25,303 nucleotides of DNA from a virus (Duplodnaviria; Caudoviricetes). This document shows positions 17,149 through 24,946 of the stretch, piece by piece. Position numbers and translations under genes: made by a program. The notes below the pieces were generated by a model that did not search any database, had not been told where the DNA came from, and saw nothing but the letters and a program-made list of their open reading frames with translations. The stretch lies in IMG/VR virus record IMGVR_UViG_3300030372_003555, positions 1-25,303 of that record, one strand, 5' to 3'. The stretch's first letter is position 1. Every line of letters starts with the position of its first letter.

Positions 17149-18093
17149 TTAGTTAGTGTTGTTTATTCTTTGTAACCATTCAATACTTAACACACCGTCA
17201 CCGGCAGTTAATGCATCGTCTGTTTTAGCAGTAATAACAACAGCTTTGTCTATCTCATAACCACTTGCATCGTCATCACAAACGTTCAAACAATTTTTCA
17301 TTTGAGCTGAAGTCTGATCAAAACCAACTGGTATATGATTAGAACCAACGGCAGCAACATCATTGTCAGCGTCACCTGCAAAGTAGTCAAGGTCTAAACT
17401 GTTAAGAGTAGCTCCTGCTGCTTGTGCAACGTTAGCACCAATCTGCATGTCAAACCCAGCTGTATCAAAAGCTGTGTTAACAATGAATCTAATGTCTGTA
17501 ATTCTAGACCATGCTGGAATTACAATGTTGTTAGCAAGGTTTTTATCTGTTGTACTAGATGTTTGACCTAATGGATATTCATTAAACAATGATCTACATT
17601 GCATAGAAATTAATCCAGTTTCAATTATACCGACCGATAAAGTTCCAGCTGTTCCAGATCCATCGATAGCGATAGAAGTTACAGTTTTGAAAGTTTTAGC
17701 GGAAGTTGCAACGCCAGTATTTGCCATTGTTACATCTTCAGTTTGTGAACTACCTAAAACATCAGTTCCAGTAACAGTTGCAGTTCTTGCAGAGTCATTA
17801 CCAGCAGATGTTAAAGTTATAACAGAAGCCATTTCAAAGCCACCATCAGAAGTTATTCCAGGTACGTTTTGAGTAGCGTCTACTAATGTAACAGAAGTTG
17901 TAGAAGCTCCATTAGAGCCAGTAACAGCTAATCTGTCAGCGTCAGTAGTTACAACAAAATTTGCGTAGCTAATTGGAAACGCCATTTTGTTTTGAACAAA
18001 TGCAGCATCTCTTACGTTTGAGCCGACAGTTGTTCCTGTGTTTACTTGTATCGGTCCTGTTGTTATAGGTCCCGAAAAGTTAGTTTTTGCCAT
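17149..18093 (-). CDS. Capsid accessory/decoration-like protein, 314 aa
   Basis: MAKTNFSGPI N-terminus; IPAWSRITDI...V.TAF; AAGGAG RBS; close to the capsid gene. Confidence 0.65.
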   Translation of the reverse strand: MAKTNFSGPITTGPIQVNTGTTVGSNVRDAAFVQNKMAFPISYANFVVTTDADRLAVTGSNGASTTSVTLVDATQNVPGITSDGGFEMASVITLTSAGNDSARTATVTGTDVLGSSQTEDVTMANTGVATSAKTFKTVTSIAIDGSGTAGTLSVGIIETGLISMQCRSLFNEYPLGQTSSTTDKNLANNIVIPAWSRITDIRFIVNTAFDTAGFDMQIGANVAQAAGATLNSLDLDYFAGDADNDVAAVGSNHIPVGFDQTSAQMKNCLNVCDDDASGYEIDKAVVITAKTDDALTAGDGVLSIEWLQRINNTN

Positions 18094-18120
18094 AATTTTT
18101 CTCCTTTTCCTAGTTAGTGT

Positions 18121-18182
18121 GAATGTAGTCTCTAGGCCGTCGACTATACGCGTCTACATCCAACTTTTTAAAATTGTATAGT
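18121..18182 (-). ncRNA. H-type pseudoknot RNA; candidate Mu-gpT-DE-like element
   Basis: P1 ACUAUAC (18182-18176)/GUAUAGU (18149-18143); P2 GGAUGUAG (18161-18154)/CUACAUUC (18128-18121); the stems are interleaved. Confidence 0.6.
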
Positions 18183-18188
18183 GATTAA

Positions 18189-18217
18189 TTTATATAGTAG
18201 ATTTTAGTAGAGTGCAA
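18189..18217 (-). promoter_or_regulatory. Sigma70-type promoter
   Basis: TTGCAC, 17 nt spacer, TATAAA; predicted start about 18182-18183. Confidence 0.6.
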
Positions 18218-18261
18218 GAGATCCTACAGGAAATGTACGATTTCAGCGATGTGGCGTTTAT

Positions 18262-18471
18262 CTAAGTAGCCACAGAAACTTGGGCGGCAGCATTTTCAAT
18301 TGCATTTTGTTTATTTGCAATTTTAGCCTCTTCGAGTTTAATATCAGTAATGACTTCTCTAATTTTGTCATCAATCCTGACCATATCCAGAGTATATCTA
18401 CCTTCTTGTTCATACTCCAGTTGCCACCTCAACTCCAAGGACCTTTTCGTATTGTACAGGTCTTGTACCAT
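18262..18471 (-). CDS. Small coiled-coil protein, 69 aa
   Basis: GAGGAGG RBS inside the upstream gene; amphipathic helical sequence. Confidence 0.75.
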   Translation of the reverse strand: MVQDLYNTKRSLELRWQLEYEQEGRYTLDMVRIDDKIREVITDIKLEEAKIANKQNAIENAAAQVSVAT

Positions 18472-18661
18472 CTATAACCTCCTCATAGGTTATTCGTTTT
18501 ACCTTGGGATCCATCATTTCTCCAAGATATTCCCATTCTACACCTTTTTCTCCCAGTTTGTCAATGATTGATTGTTCAATAGATTCAACGCTATCTTCAG
18601 CTAAAACTTCAAATTTAGCTTTATATTGATACGCATGGATCTGTACTAGGAAATTTTTCAT
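18410..18661 (-). CDS. Small acidic protein, 83 aa
   Basis: AAGGGTG upstream of ATG; 62 nt overlap with the next gene. Confidence 0.7.
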   Translation of the reverse strand: MKNFLVQIHAYQYKAKFEVLAEDSVESIEQSIIDKLGEKGVEWEYLGEMMDPKVKRITYEEVIDGTRPVQYEKVLGVEVATGV

Positions 18662-18679
18662 ATATTCACCCTTATAAAT

Positions 18680-18709
18680 AAAAAAGGGGCCGTTTTAAGG
18701 CGGCCCCTT
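18680..18709 (-). terminator. Rho-independent terminator after the major capsid gene
   Basis: AAGGGGCCG/CGGCCCCUU stem running into a U-tract. Confidence 0.85.
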
Positions 18710-18722
18710 AGTTTGTTAATGA

Positions 18723-19634
18723 TTAAGCACCTTCACAACCGAAGATACCTCTAGGGTCTGATACTCCAAATGAGTATCTTTCTCTAGCTTTGTATCTTAC
18801 GTTTCCTGTTGAGAAGTCACCTTCCATTTTAGTTTGGATAGGTAGTCTCTCAAAGTACTTCATACCATTAGGCACGTCAGTGATAATGTACCAAGAATCA
18901 GTATCTGTTAGATAGTGATTTACTCTGTAACCTTCAGGAACCATTCCCATAGATTTCATAGCATTGATATCGTTATCAGCTGTACCAACTCTACCTTGAG
19001 ATTTTAACAATCTCTCAGCGTTGAATTGGTTTTCAGAAGGAACGATCATTTTCATTCCTCTAGCTGCGATTTTAAGACCTCTTTCATCAGTCATTGCAGC
19101 AATGTCGATCATTGCTTGCTCTAACGATGTTTCGTTAAGGTCCGCCTGTGTAGTAAGCGTGTTTGAAAAAGTTCCAGCGATAGTCGGGTGTGCTGTATTG
19201 AACAAAGAAACTGCATCACCAGAATCAAAGTTATCCGTAGTCGGTAAACCTTGGTTTAGTGGGTTAGCTGCTTTGATCTGTTTAGCGTTCGACATAGATC
19301 TCGCTAGCGCTTTTGTATAACGAGACGAAAGTCTGTCATACAGGTTATCTTCCATAGCTTCTTCAGTTAAAGCAAATGCAAGTGCCACTGTTTCATTAGT
19401 GTATCTTGCAGTAAATGTTTCTTGTGCATTGTCGTAAGCAACTGCTGAACCCTCAGGTTTAACATATGCGTTCGCAAAGCCAGATAACATTACTTCTTCT
19501 TCAAAAGCTCTGTCAGAAGACTCAGTAGTATAAATTTCTTTATGCTCCTGGTCGTATCTTTTATATTCCAAGCCAAATAGTGCATTTAGACCTGGCTCTA
19601 GTTCTTTAACTAGTTGTTGTCGTGATATTGCCAT
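18723..19634 (-). CDS. Major capsid protein (HK97 fold, Mu gpT-like family), 303 aa
   Basis: MAISRQQLVKELEPGLNALFG, SSDRAFEEE, EA.EDNLY, YKARERYSFG.SDPRG; biased codon use, strong RBS, downstream terminator. Confidence 0.9.
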   Translation of the reverse strand: MAISRQQLVKELEPGLNALFGLEYKRYDQEHKEIYTTESSDRAFEEEVMLSGFANAYVKPEGSAVAYDNAQETFTARYTNETVALAFALTEEAMEDNLYDRLSSRYTKALARSMSNAKQIKAANPLNQGLPTTDNFDSGDAVSLFNTAHPTIAGTFSNTLTTQADLNETSLEQAMIDIAAMTDERGLKIAARGMKMIVPSENQFNAERLLKSQGRVGTADNDINAMKSMGMVPEGYRVNHYLTDTDSWYIITDVPNGMKYFERLPIQTKMEGDFSTGNVRYKARERYSFGVSDPRGIFGCEGA

Positions 19635-19651
19635 AGTTTAATTACTCCTTA

Positions 19652-20245
19652 TTAGGCTGCACCAGCAGATCCTGATCCTAGTAATGACTCATTTAGCATC
19701 ACACGCCAGTTGACGTTTGCTGCAGTTATGTCATTATTTTTTGGATCACGGGAAAGGCCGATTATTTTTAATTGTCCAGTAGTTCCTTGAGTTCCGTCAT
19801 CAAGTTCCATTGAACTTACTCCGTTTAAAGTAGATCCTCCTGTACCAACTATATCATAACATTTGAATACGTCAGCTTGAGCTGAAGCACCTGCATTGTC
19901 TGATTGTACTTCGTACATTTGCATAGGGCTGTCATAAACGAAAGCCTCTATATCTTCACTTCCAGGAGGCGTTATGCTTCCAGGATAGTAATTTTTAAAC
20001 GTAGGTTTTAGTGTTGTTGGGTCATTGTAGAAACATCCCCAGAAAGCTCCTAAATTTAACTCTAGACCAGCTGTTTGTAAGTCTACATATCCTGTACCTG
20101 TAGCAGGAGAACCTGCTAAAGAACCTTGATATATAACACTCGCGTCACCAGCTGCTATCTTATAAGAACTCATTCCAGTGGAATCATCTTGTTGACCAAT
20201 TGTCTTTAACGGTCTTAGACCGAAAGCGGCATCTTGATTAGCCAT
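19652..20245 (-). CDS. Capsid cement/decoration-like protein, 197 aa (start revised to ATG 20245)
   Basis: GGAGG RBS at 20258-20254 precedes MANQDAAFGLRP; directly upstream of the capsid gene. Confidence 0.7.
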   Translation of the reverse strand: MANQDAAFGLRPLKTIGQQDDSTGMSSYKIAAGDASVIYQGSLAGSPATGTGYVDLQTAGLELNLGAFWGCFYNDPTTLKPTFKNYYPGSITPPGSEDIEAFVYDSPMQMYEVQSDNAGASAQADVFKCYDIVGTGGSTLNGVSSMELDDGTQGTTGQLKIIGLSRDPKNNDITAANVNWRVMLNESLLGSGSAGAA

Positions 20246-20256
20246 TGTGTTTTCCT

Positions 20257-20292
20257 CCGTTGTGACCTGTCCTTGCGGACCTCCAGTCACGG
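20257..20292 (-). promoter_or_regulatory. Structured leader with GCAA tetraloop next to the RBS
   Basis: CCG-UGACU-GGAG-GUCC-GCAA-GGAC-A-GGUCAC-AA-CGG. Confidence 0.55.
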
Positions 20293-20331
20293 TTAATTTA
20301 AATTCGTTGATTAGTATTTGTTAAAAAACTC

Positions 20332-20820
20332 TTACTTACCACCGAAAGATTTGCTAGAGCGTCTATCAACTGTGATAGGCATGCTCGGGTGCTGATCCTT
20401 CAGTAAATCGTTTTTGACAGCATCGTCTCGTTCTTTAGCTTTTTCACTATAGTACTTCTGACGTGCTTCGGCGACCTCATTAGGTATTCTGGCCAGCAAC
20501 AGACCTCCAACTCCGATGACTCCCTTGTGTTTGCCGTCTTGTACGACTGGATAATCTGAGTCTTTGTACTCTGAAGCCATTACTAATGTGTATCCTGATC
20601 TTAATTTACCAGAAATATTTTTAGTATCGTCAAAGCCAAAACTTTCAGCTCTTATCCATCTGTGTCGAAAACCATCCGGCGCAGGTGGTGCATCTAAAGA
20701 TGAGGGTGGTGTCCATTCAACAGGTCGCTTTGTAGCTTCTCTTGTCTCGGACGCGCGTGAGTCTTTTTTAACTTCCTCTGTAACTTTTTTAGTTTCAGTT
20801 TTAGTTTTTTTCATATGCAT
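20332..20820 (-). CDS. Head morphogenesis-region protein, 162 aa
   Basis: WTPPSSLDAP.APDGFRHRWIR, IGVGGLLLARIP; between scaffold and capsid genes. Confidence 0.75.
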   Translation of the reverse strand: MHMKKTKTETKKVTEEVKKDSRASETREATKRPVEWTPPSSLDAPPAPDGFRHRWIRAESFGFDDTKNISGKLRSGYTLVMASEYKDSDYPVVQDGKHKGVIGVGGLLLARIPNEVAEARQKYYSEKAKERDDAVKNDLLKDQHPSMPITVDRRSSKSFGGK

Positions 20821-21824
20821 TACTCCTCTACGTTTAATTGTTTAGCATATTCTTCAAGTGGCACATTCAGTTTTTTAGCAATTGCTACTTGTGACGATGT
20901 GAGTTTCACAGTTTTGCGACCAGTACCTCTTTTAACGTTTCGCGTAGCCGAAGCTACAGTTTGTGTAGGTTTAGTCGTTTGTTCTGTTACATTACCAAAT
21001 TTATGGGGGAATTCAAGCTTTATTCTTCTATCTAATTCTCCATAATAATCCTCAGATTGAGGGTCGTAACCTTCCTCTTCTACCAATTTTTTGTGCAGAT
21101 CAAAAGCCGTGTAAGTCATAGCATTATCAGTGCCAAACCACGCGTTTTTTGACGCCCATTCAGTTGCTCTTGCATCTGGTTTTGGCGGTTGAGGTCGTTC
21201 TTGTTGAATAGGTTGTTGTTGATTTAATTCACTCTTCTCTTTAGTTTTGGCCTGTTGATTAATTTTCATTTCAGCCAATCTTGCTTCTTCATAGCCTAAT
21301 TTAGCGATTTCTTTTTGTGCATCAACTTCATCAGCTATATTTCCAGATTCTCGAGCGCTAGTTAATTTTCCTTTAGCTGCTTCAAGACTTGAAGTAATAC
21401 GGTTTTCCATTTCAGATACATATCCTGTATCTAATTTAGCTAATCGTTCTTTTAAAGATCTTTGCTCTGTAACAACAGAACGTGCATAACGTGTTGCTTC
21501 GTCTCTTTGACGTTCAGATTCACGCATACGTTTAGTAAGTTTAGCGATTCGTTTTTTAACGCCTTCACCATACTCATCTAACTCTTTTTCTTTTACTTCT
21601 TCTGGTTTCTTTTCTTCTGGTTTCTTTTCTTCTTGTATAAGTTCCTTAGTTTCTGTTTCTTGTTTGGGTGCTTCTTCTTTTACTTCTATTTCACCTTCTG
21701 GTTTTTTTTCTGGAACATCAACTTCTTGTGCTCCTTCTTTAACCGTTTCTTCTGGTAAAGTAACTTCTGCTCCCGGTCCATCCGATGGCAGATCTATTAT
21801 CTTATCTTCTTTATCTTCTGGCAT
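20820..21824 (-). CDS. Probable scaffolding protein, 334 aa
   Basis: Acidic N-terminus, long coiled coil, C-terminal LT.SQVAIAKKLNVPLEEYAK; upstream of the capsid gene. Confidence 0.7.
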   Translation of the reverse strand: MPEDKEDKIIDLPSDGPGAEVTLPEETVKEGAQEVDVPEKKPEGEIEVKEEAPKQETETKELIQEEKKPEEKKPEEVKEKELDEYGEGVKKRIAKLTKRMRESERQRDEATRYARSVVTEQRSLKERLAKLDTGYVSEMENRITSSLEAAKGKLTSARESGNIADEVDAQKEIAKLGYEEARLAEMKINQQAKTKEKSELNQQQPIQQERPQPPKPDARATEWASKNAWFGTDNAMTYTAFDLHKKLVEEEGYDPQSEDYYGELDRRIKLEFPHKFGNVTEQTTKPTQTVASATRNVKRGTGRKTVKLTSSQVAIAKKLNVPLEEYAKQLNVEE

Positions 21825-21838
21825 AGTTCCTTCCTATG

Positions 21839-22282
21839 TTAATATTCATGCAAGATATCCTCTGGATTCTCGATTGTTGCTAAGACTTCGTCATCATTAA
21901 GAAGACGAACTTCACCACCTTCTATCTTTATTCTAGAGCCTGCATAACGCGCGAACATTACCCAGTCTCCTACTTTACACCATGGCCCATTAGGAAATCT
22001 TTCCTTATCTTCATAGGCATGGGGTCCTACTGCTAGGACATTTCCACATTGAGAAGCAACTTGTTGTTTCTCTAATGTAGACTCTCCTAAAATAACTCCA
22101 CCTTTTGTTTTTTGACTCATTTTAAAAGGTAAAATTAATATTCTCCAACCTGTGGGTTGGGGCAATTTTGCTTTTTGATTTGTGGTTTCTTTTTCTTTTT
22201 TAAGTCCAACTAATTTTGTTGTGGGGATTTCAAGTTTTGGTTTTTTTACTTGAGAGATCGATGACTGTTCCTGTGTTTTCAT
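21839..22282 (-). CDS. groES: GroES/Cpn10-like co-chaperonin, 147 aa
   Basis: PTGWRILI, KTKGGVIL, G.VLAVGP, KVGDWVMFARYAG, RLLNDDEVLATI. Confidence 0.88.
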   Translation of the reverse strand: MKTQEQSSISQVKKPKLEIPTTKLVGLKKEKETTNQKAKLPQPTGWRILILPFKMSQKTKGGVILGESTLEKQQVASQCGNVLAVGPHAYEDKERFPNGPWCKVGDWVMFARYAGSRIKIEGGEVRLLNDDEVLATIENPEDILHEY

Positions 22283-22475
22283 TATCTTCTGGCTCCTTAT
22301 TTGTTAGCAGGGTAGAGATTTCCTGTAAAATTGCTTCGTAAGCACGAAGCTGTCCTACCATATACTGGTATTTTTCAAAGTTGTCAACCTGTCCATTTAG
22401 TAGATAGGTTTGCACAGATTTCTGTGTTTCTTCAATTTGTTTTTTTAGTTTATAAACTAATTGGATTCCATCCAT
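22230..22475 (-). CDS. Small helical protein, 81 aa
   Basis: TAATG coupling; G.V..FEKYQYMVGQ; 53 nt overlap with the groES-like gene. Confidence 0.75.
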   Translation of the reverse strand: MDGIQLVYKLKKQIEETQKSVQTYLLNGQVDNFEKYQYMVGQLRAYEAILQEISTLLTNKEPEDNENTGTVIDLSSKKTKT

Positions 22476-22777
22476 TATTTTTTTTTAGTTGCGCCGCCAC
22501 GTCTAAAACTTTTAACTGATACTCCTCCACTAGGATAACCAAATTTATTATTACCAAGTACGGGTTTATAACCTGATACCTTAGTTAAACCTCCACCTGC
22601 ATGAAAACTTCTTAAGGTTTTTGCAAGTGATGCTTGTCTTTTGGTTCTAGTTGAAGCGTCGCTTCCTTTCTTTAAAACTTTATCTGCATATTTGCCAACA
22701 GACATTCCTGCGGCTTTAGCTTTTTTTGTAAATGCTCCCGGTCTTTTAATAGCGCCTTTAATCCAATCTTTAGCCAT
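22475..22777 (-). CDS. Small basic protein, 100 aa
   Basis: WIKGAIKRPGA...RQASLAKTL; three xxGG motifs; TAATG coupling. Confidence 0.75.
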   Translation of the reverse strand: MAKDWIKGAIKRPGAFTKKAKAAGMSVGKYADKVLKKGSDASTRTKRQASLAKTLRSFHAGGGLTKVSGYKPVLGNNKFGYPSGGVSVKSFRRGGATKKK

Positions 22778-23163
22778 TATTTTTTGCCTCCTCTAAAAAT
22801 TTGTGTTCCCTTTATACCAAAAATGCTCGCTACGACAAGGATCCACAAATTTGTGAACCATGACGGCAACGACTGGAAATAGTCAAAGAAAAGCCTTACC
22901 TTTTCCATAGCCGCCGGATCGTCCGACATCACTGCCCACATTAACACAATGATGGGCGCCGAAATAATCACGAGGACAAATTCGTCTTTGTAGTCTGATT
23001 GACGGGCTTCTAAAAGTTTACCCTGGTATTCTTCCTCACCACGAGCTTGTCGCTCAGCGTGTAAAAGTTGTGCATCAGACATAGCAACTTTTGCTTTTTG
23101 TCTATTAGCGTAAATTTTACCGCCAGCTTGTAATGCTATTTTAGCTAAGCTGAACCAAGCCAT
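22777..23163 (-). CDS. Probable holin (GTA-type 3TM-like), 128 aa
   Basis: KDEFVLVIISAPIIVLMW and WFTNLWILVVASIFGIKG hydrophobic helices; basic C-terminus. Confidence 0.65.
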   Translation of the reverse strand: MAWFSLAKIALQAGGKIYANRQKAKVAMSDAQLLHAERQARGEEEYQGKLLEARQSDYKDEFVLVIISAPIIVLMWAVMSDDPAAMEKVRLFFDYFQSLPSWFTNLWILVVASIFGIKGTQIFRGGKK

Positions 23164-23166
23164 AAA

Positions 23167-23364
23167 TTAATACCAAGTAGCTTTAACTGGCTTCTTATCT
23201 TTTCTAAGGGCTCTTGTACCTTTTACAGTAACTGTTTGAGATTCTGTTGGATCAGTTGCTTGAATTGTTTCAGCTTGTGAATAACCATCTTTGTTTTTTC
23301 CAACAATGCTTGTAACTTTTGGTTCTGCAACGTAACCAGATCCTTTTTGCCAATCTTTAGACAT
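23167..23364 (-). CDS. Small protein, 65 aa
   Basis: TAATG coupling; C-terminal VKGT...KATWY. Confidence 0.72.
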   Translation of the reverse strand: MSKDWQKGSGYVAEPKVTSIVGKNKDGYSQAETIQATDPTESQTVTVKGTRALRKDKKPVKATWY

Positions 23365-23549
23365 TAAGCTAAGCCTCCACCTCTGAAAGCTTTTCCCATT
23401 CCTCTTTTAGCAATTCCACCACCTTTTAGTTCTCTAACGATTCTTTTTTTCTCGTCTTTAAGATTTCTTTTACCTTTTCTAGTGTATGCTTTTTCAGCAT
23501 CCACACGACCCAATTCTTCTAGTCGGTTTTCTCTTCTTGTGTTAGCCAT
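23364..23549 (-). CDS. Small basic protein, 61 aa
   Basis: In the operon; LKGGGIAKRGMGKAFRGGGLA. Confidence 0.72.
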   Translation of the reverse strand: MANTRRENRLEELGRVDAEKAYTRKGKRNLKDEKKRIVRELKGGGIAKRGMGKAFRGGGLA

Positions 23550-23551
23550 AA

Positions 23552-23803
23552 TTATTTTCTCCGATTATTTTTATCCATAGTACCGACAGCAGCGTATGCT
23601 CTACGTCCCATAGATTTTTCCATGCCTTTAGACTCGTCTCTTCTTGCTTTAAGGCTTTGAGACTTAGTAGACTCAGCACCTCTTCTTGCGCCTAAAGATT
23701 CATCTAATCTTGCATTGTAACCTTGTTTCTTAGCACCAGCTTTTCCACCTTTGTCGTATGGAAATCTAGATTTATAAGGTCTTGATCCAAAATCATTTCT
23801 CAT
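23552..23803 (-). CDS. Small basic protein, 83 aa
   Basis: AGGAG RBS; KQGYNARLDESLG...RRDESKGMEK. Confidence 0.75.
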   Translation of the reverse strand: MRNDFGSRPYKSRFPYDKGGKAGAKKQGYNARLDESLGARRGAESTKSQSLKARRDESKGMEKSMGRRAYAAVGTMDKNNRRK

Positions 23804-23815
23804 AGTTTTCTCCTA

Positions 23816-24946
23816 TTATTGGTTTTTTACTCTAAATAAGTTTGCAAGTCCACCACTATTTGCTTGCATTGTTATATCTGTTAAAGATTCGTCTACAATA
23901 GGGCTATCTTCTTGTATGATACCTTTTTCTACTAACAGAGCTCTTTTAGCTTGATTAGCTTTAATTCTATCCCATGGAGACATAGCATATGTACCTTCAT
24001 ACGCTTCAATTTCTTCTCCTATTGGAACTACTTGAGGTATTTTAGGGCCGTCGCCACCTGTATCTTCATCTCTTGATCTTGGTTGAGTCAGATCTAATTT
24101 TTCTTGTGTTAATTTTTGGTAAAGAGTGTCTACACTATGATGATGTTTTGGAGCTCCAATTTTATTTAATAAAGCTAAATCTTCGTCAATTTGTGCAATT
24201 CTTTCATTTTTCTTTTTATTTTGTTGAAAAGCAAAAATACCAAACAATGCAAGATCTACTAAAGGAATACCAGTACTTGTTTTTGGAACTGATCTGTATA
24301 AATTAAAAGCTCTTTTTCCTTGTTCCAAAGGACTATCGTATTTCTTTTTTCTATTTAAAATCTCTTCGTGAATTCTAACTTTATCTTTTGGTGCGATGTA
24401 ATCTGCTCCACCTATTTGTGTTTGTTCCTCTTCCGATACAACCCATCCTGCATCTGAACCTGTGTAATTAGGTGAATGATCTGGAGTAATATTCATATTA
24501 GACATCATTTGTGCAACGTCATCTTCTTGATCACCACCTCCAGTGTTTACATTTCCACCAGTTGAAGTTGTACCAGGTGATCCAGCTCCTGGACTCCAAC
24601 CTGAATCAGAAGAAGTTTCTCCTTGATCATCATTTTGATTATCACTAGCCCAATCCGATCCTCTATAACCAGGTCTTGTTCCATCTTTAGATTTTTTTGC
24701 AAGTTGTGGTGTTCCACCATTCTTTGCTCTGAATAAAGTTTTGACTCCAGTTGAAAGATCATTAGAATCATCAAAGGCAGCATTGAAAGCTGTTAGTTCA
24801 ATATCATTGCCATCGTCGGAAATAATTTCTTCGTTTTCGTTAATATCTAGAATTCCACCGTTGGCATAATCTCTCTCCCATCGCTTTGCGATTTCAGGAT
24901 GATTAGCGTGTAGGTATCTTCTTTGTTTTTCAGATTGAAAAGGCAT
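23816..24946 (-). CDS. Low-complexity probable internal virion protein, 376 aa
   Basis: Basic N-terminal module MPFQSEKQRRYLHANHPEIAKRW, then YANGG, AKNGG and C-terminal ANSGGLANLF. Confidence 0.7.
   Translation of the reverse strand: MPFQSEKQRRYLHANHPEIAKRWERDYANGGILDINENEEIISDDGNDIELTAFNAAFDDSNDLSTGVKTLFRAKNGGTPQLAKKSKDGTRPGYRGSDWASDNQNDDQGETSSDSGWSPGAGSPGTTSTGGNVNTGGGDQEDDVAQMMSNMNITPDHSPNYTGSDAGWVVSEEEQTQIGGADYIAPKDKVRIHEEILNRKKKYDSPLEQGKRAFNLYRSVPKTSTGIPLVDLALFGIFAFQQNKKKNERIAQIDEDLALLNKIGAPKHHHSVDTLYQKLTQEKLDLTQPRSRDEDTGGDGPKIPQVVPIGEEIEAYEGTYAMSPWDRIKANQAKRALLVEKGIIQEDSPIVDESLTDITMQANSGGLANLFRVKNQ

Noticed and set aside
18121-18182. SAM-II/SAM-V riboswitch or tRNA
   Set aside because: No cloverleaf, and I could not match the conserved SAM-II/V core by eye; the gene context is structural, not metabolic.
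18262-18661. Rz/Rz1-like spanin pair suggested by the overlap
   Set aside because: No transmembrane helix, signal peptide or lipobox Cys in either protein.
20246-20290. GTG-started 15 aa extension of the 212 aa ORF
   Set aside because: A strong GGAGG precedes ATG 20245, and the extension coincides with an RNA hairpin.
1396-24306. Plus-strand ORFs in the track (for example 1396-1683, 5352-5639, 12917-13162, 15129-15458, 19021-19320)
   Set aside because: Antisense shadows of well-supported minus-strand genes; no RBS or protein-like features.
2542-24783. Nested minus-strand alternative-frame ORFs (2542-2739, 7212-7427, 11552-11920, 13747-14028, 24547-24783)
   Set aside because: L/V/Q/E-rich translations are the expected off-frame product of biased codon use; no initiation signals seen.
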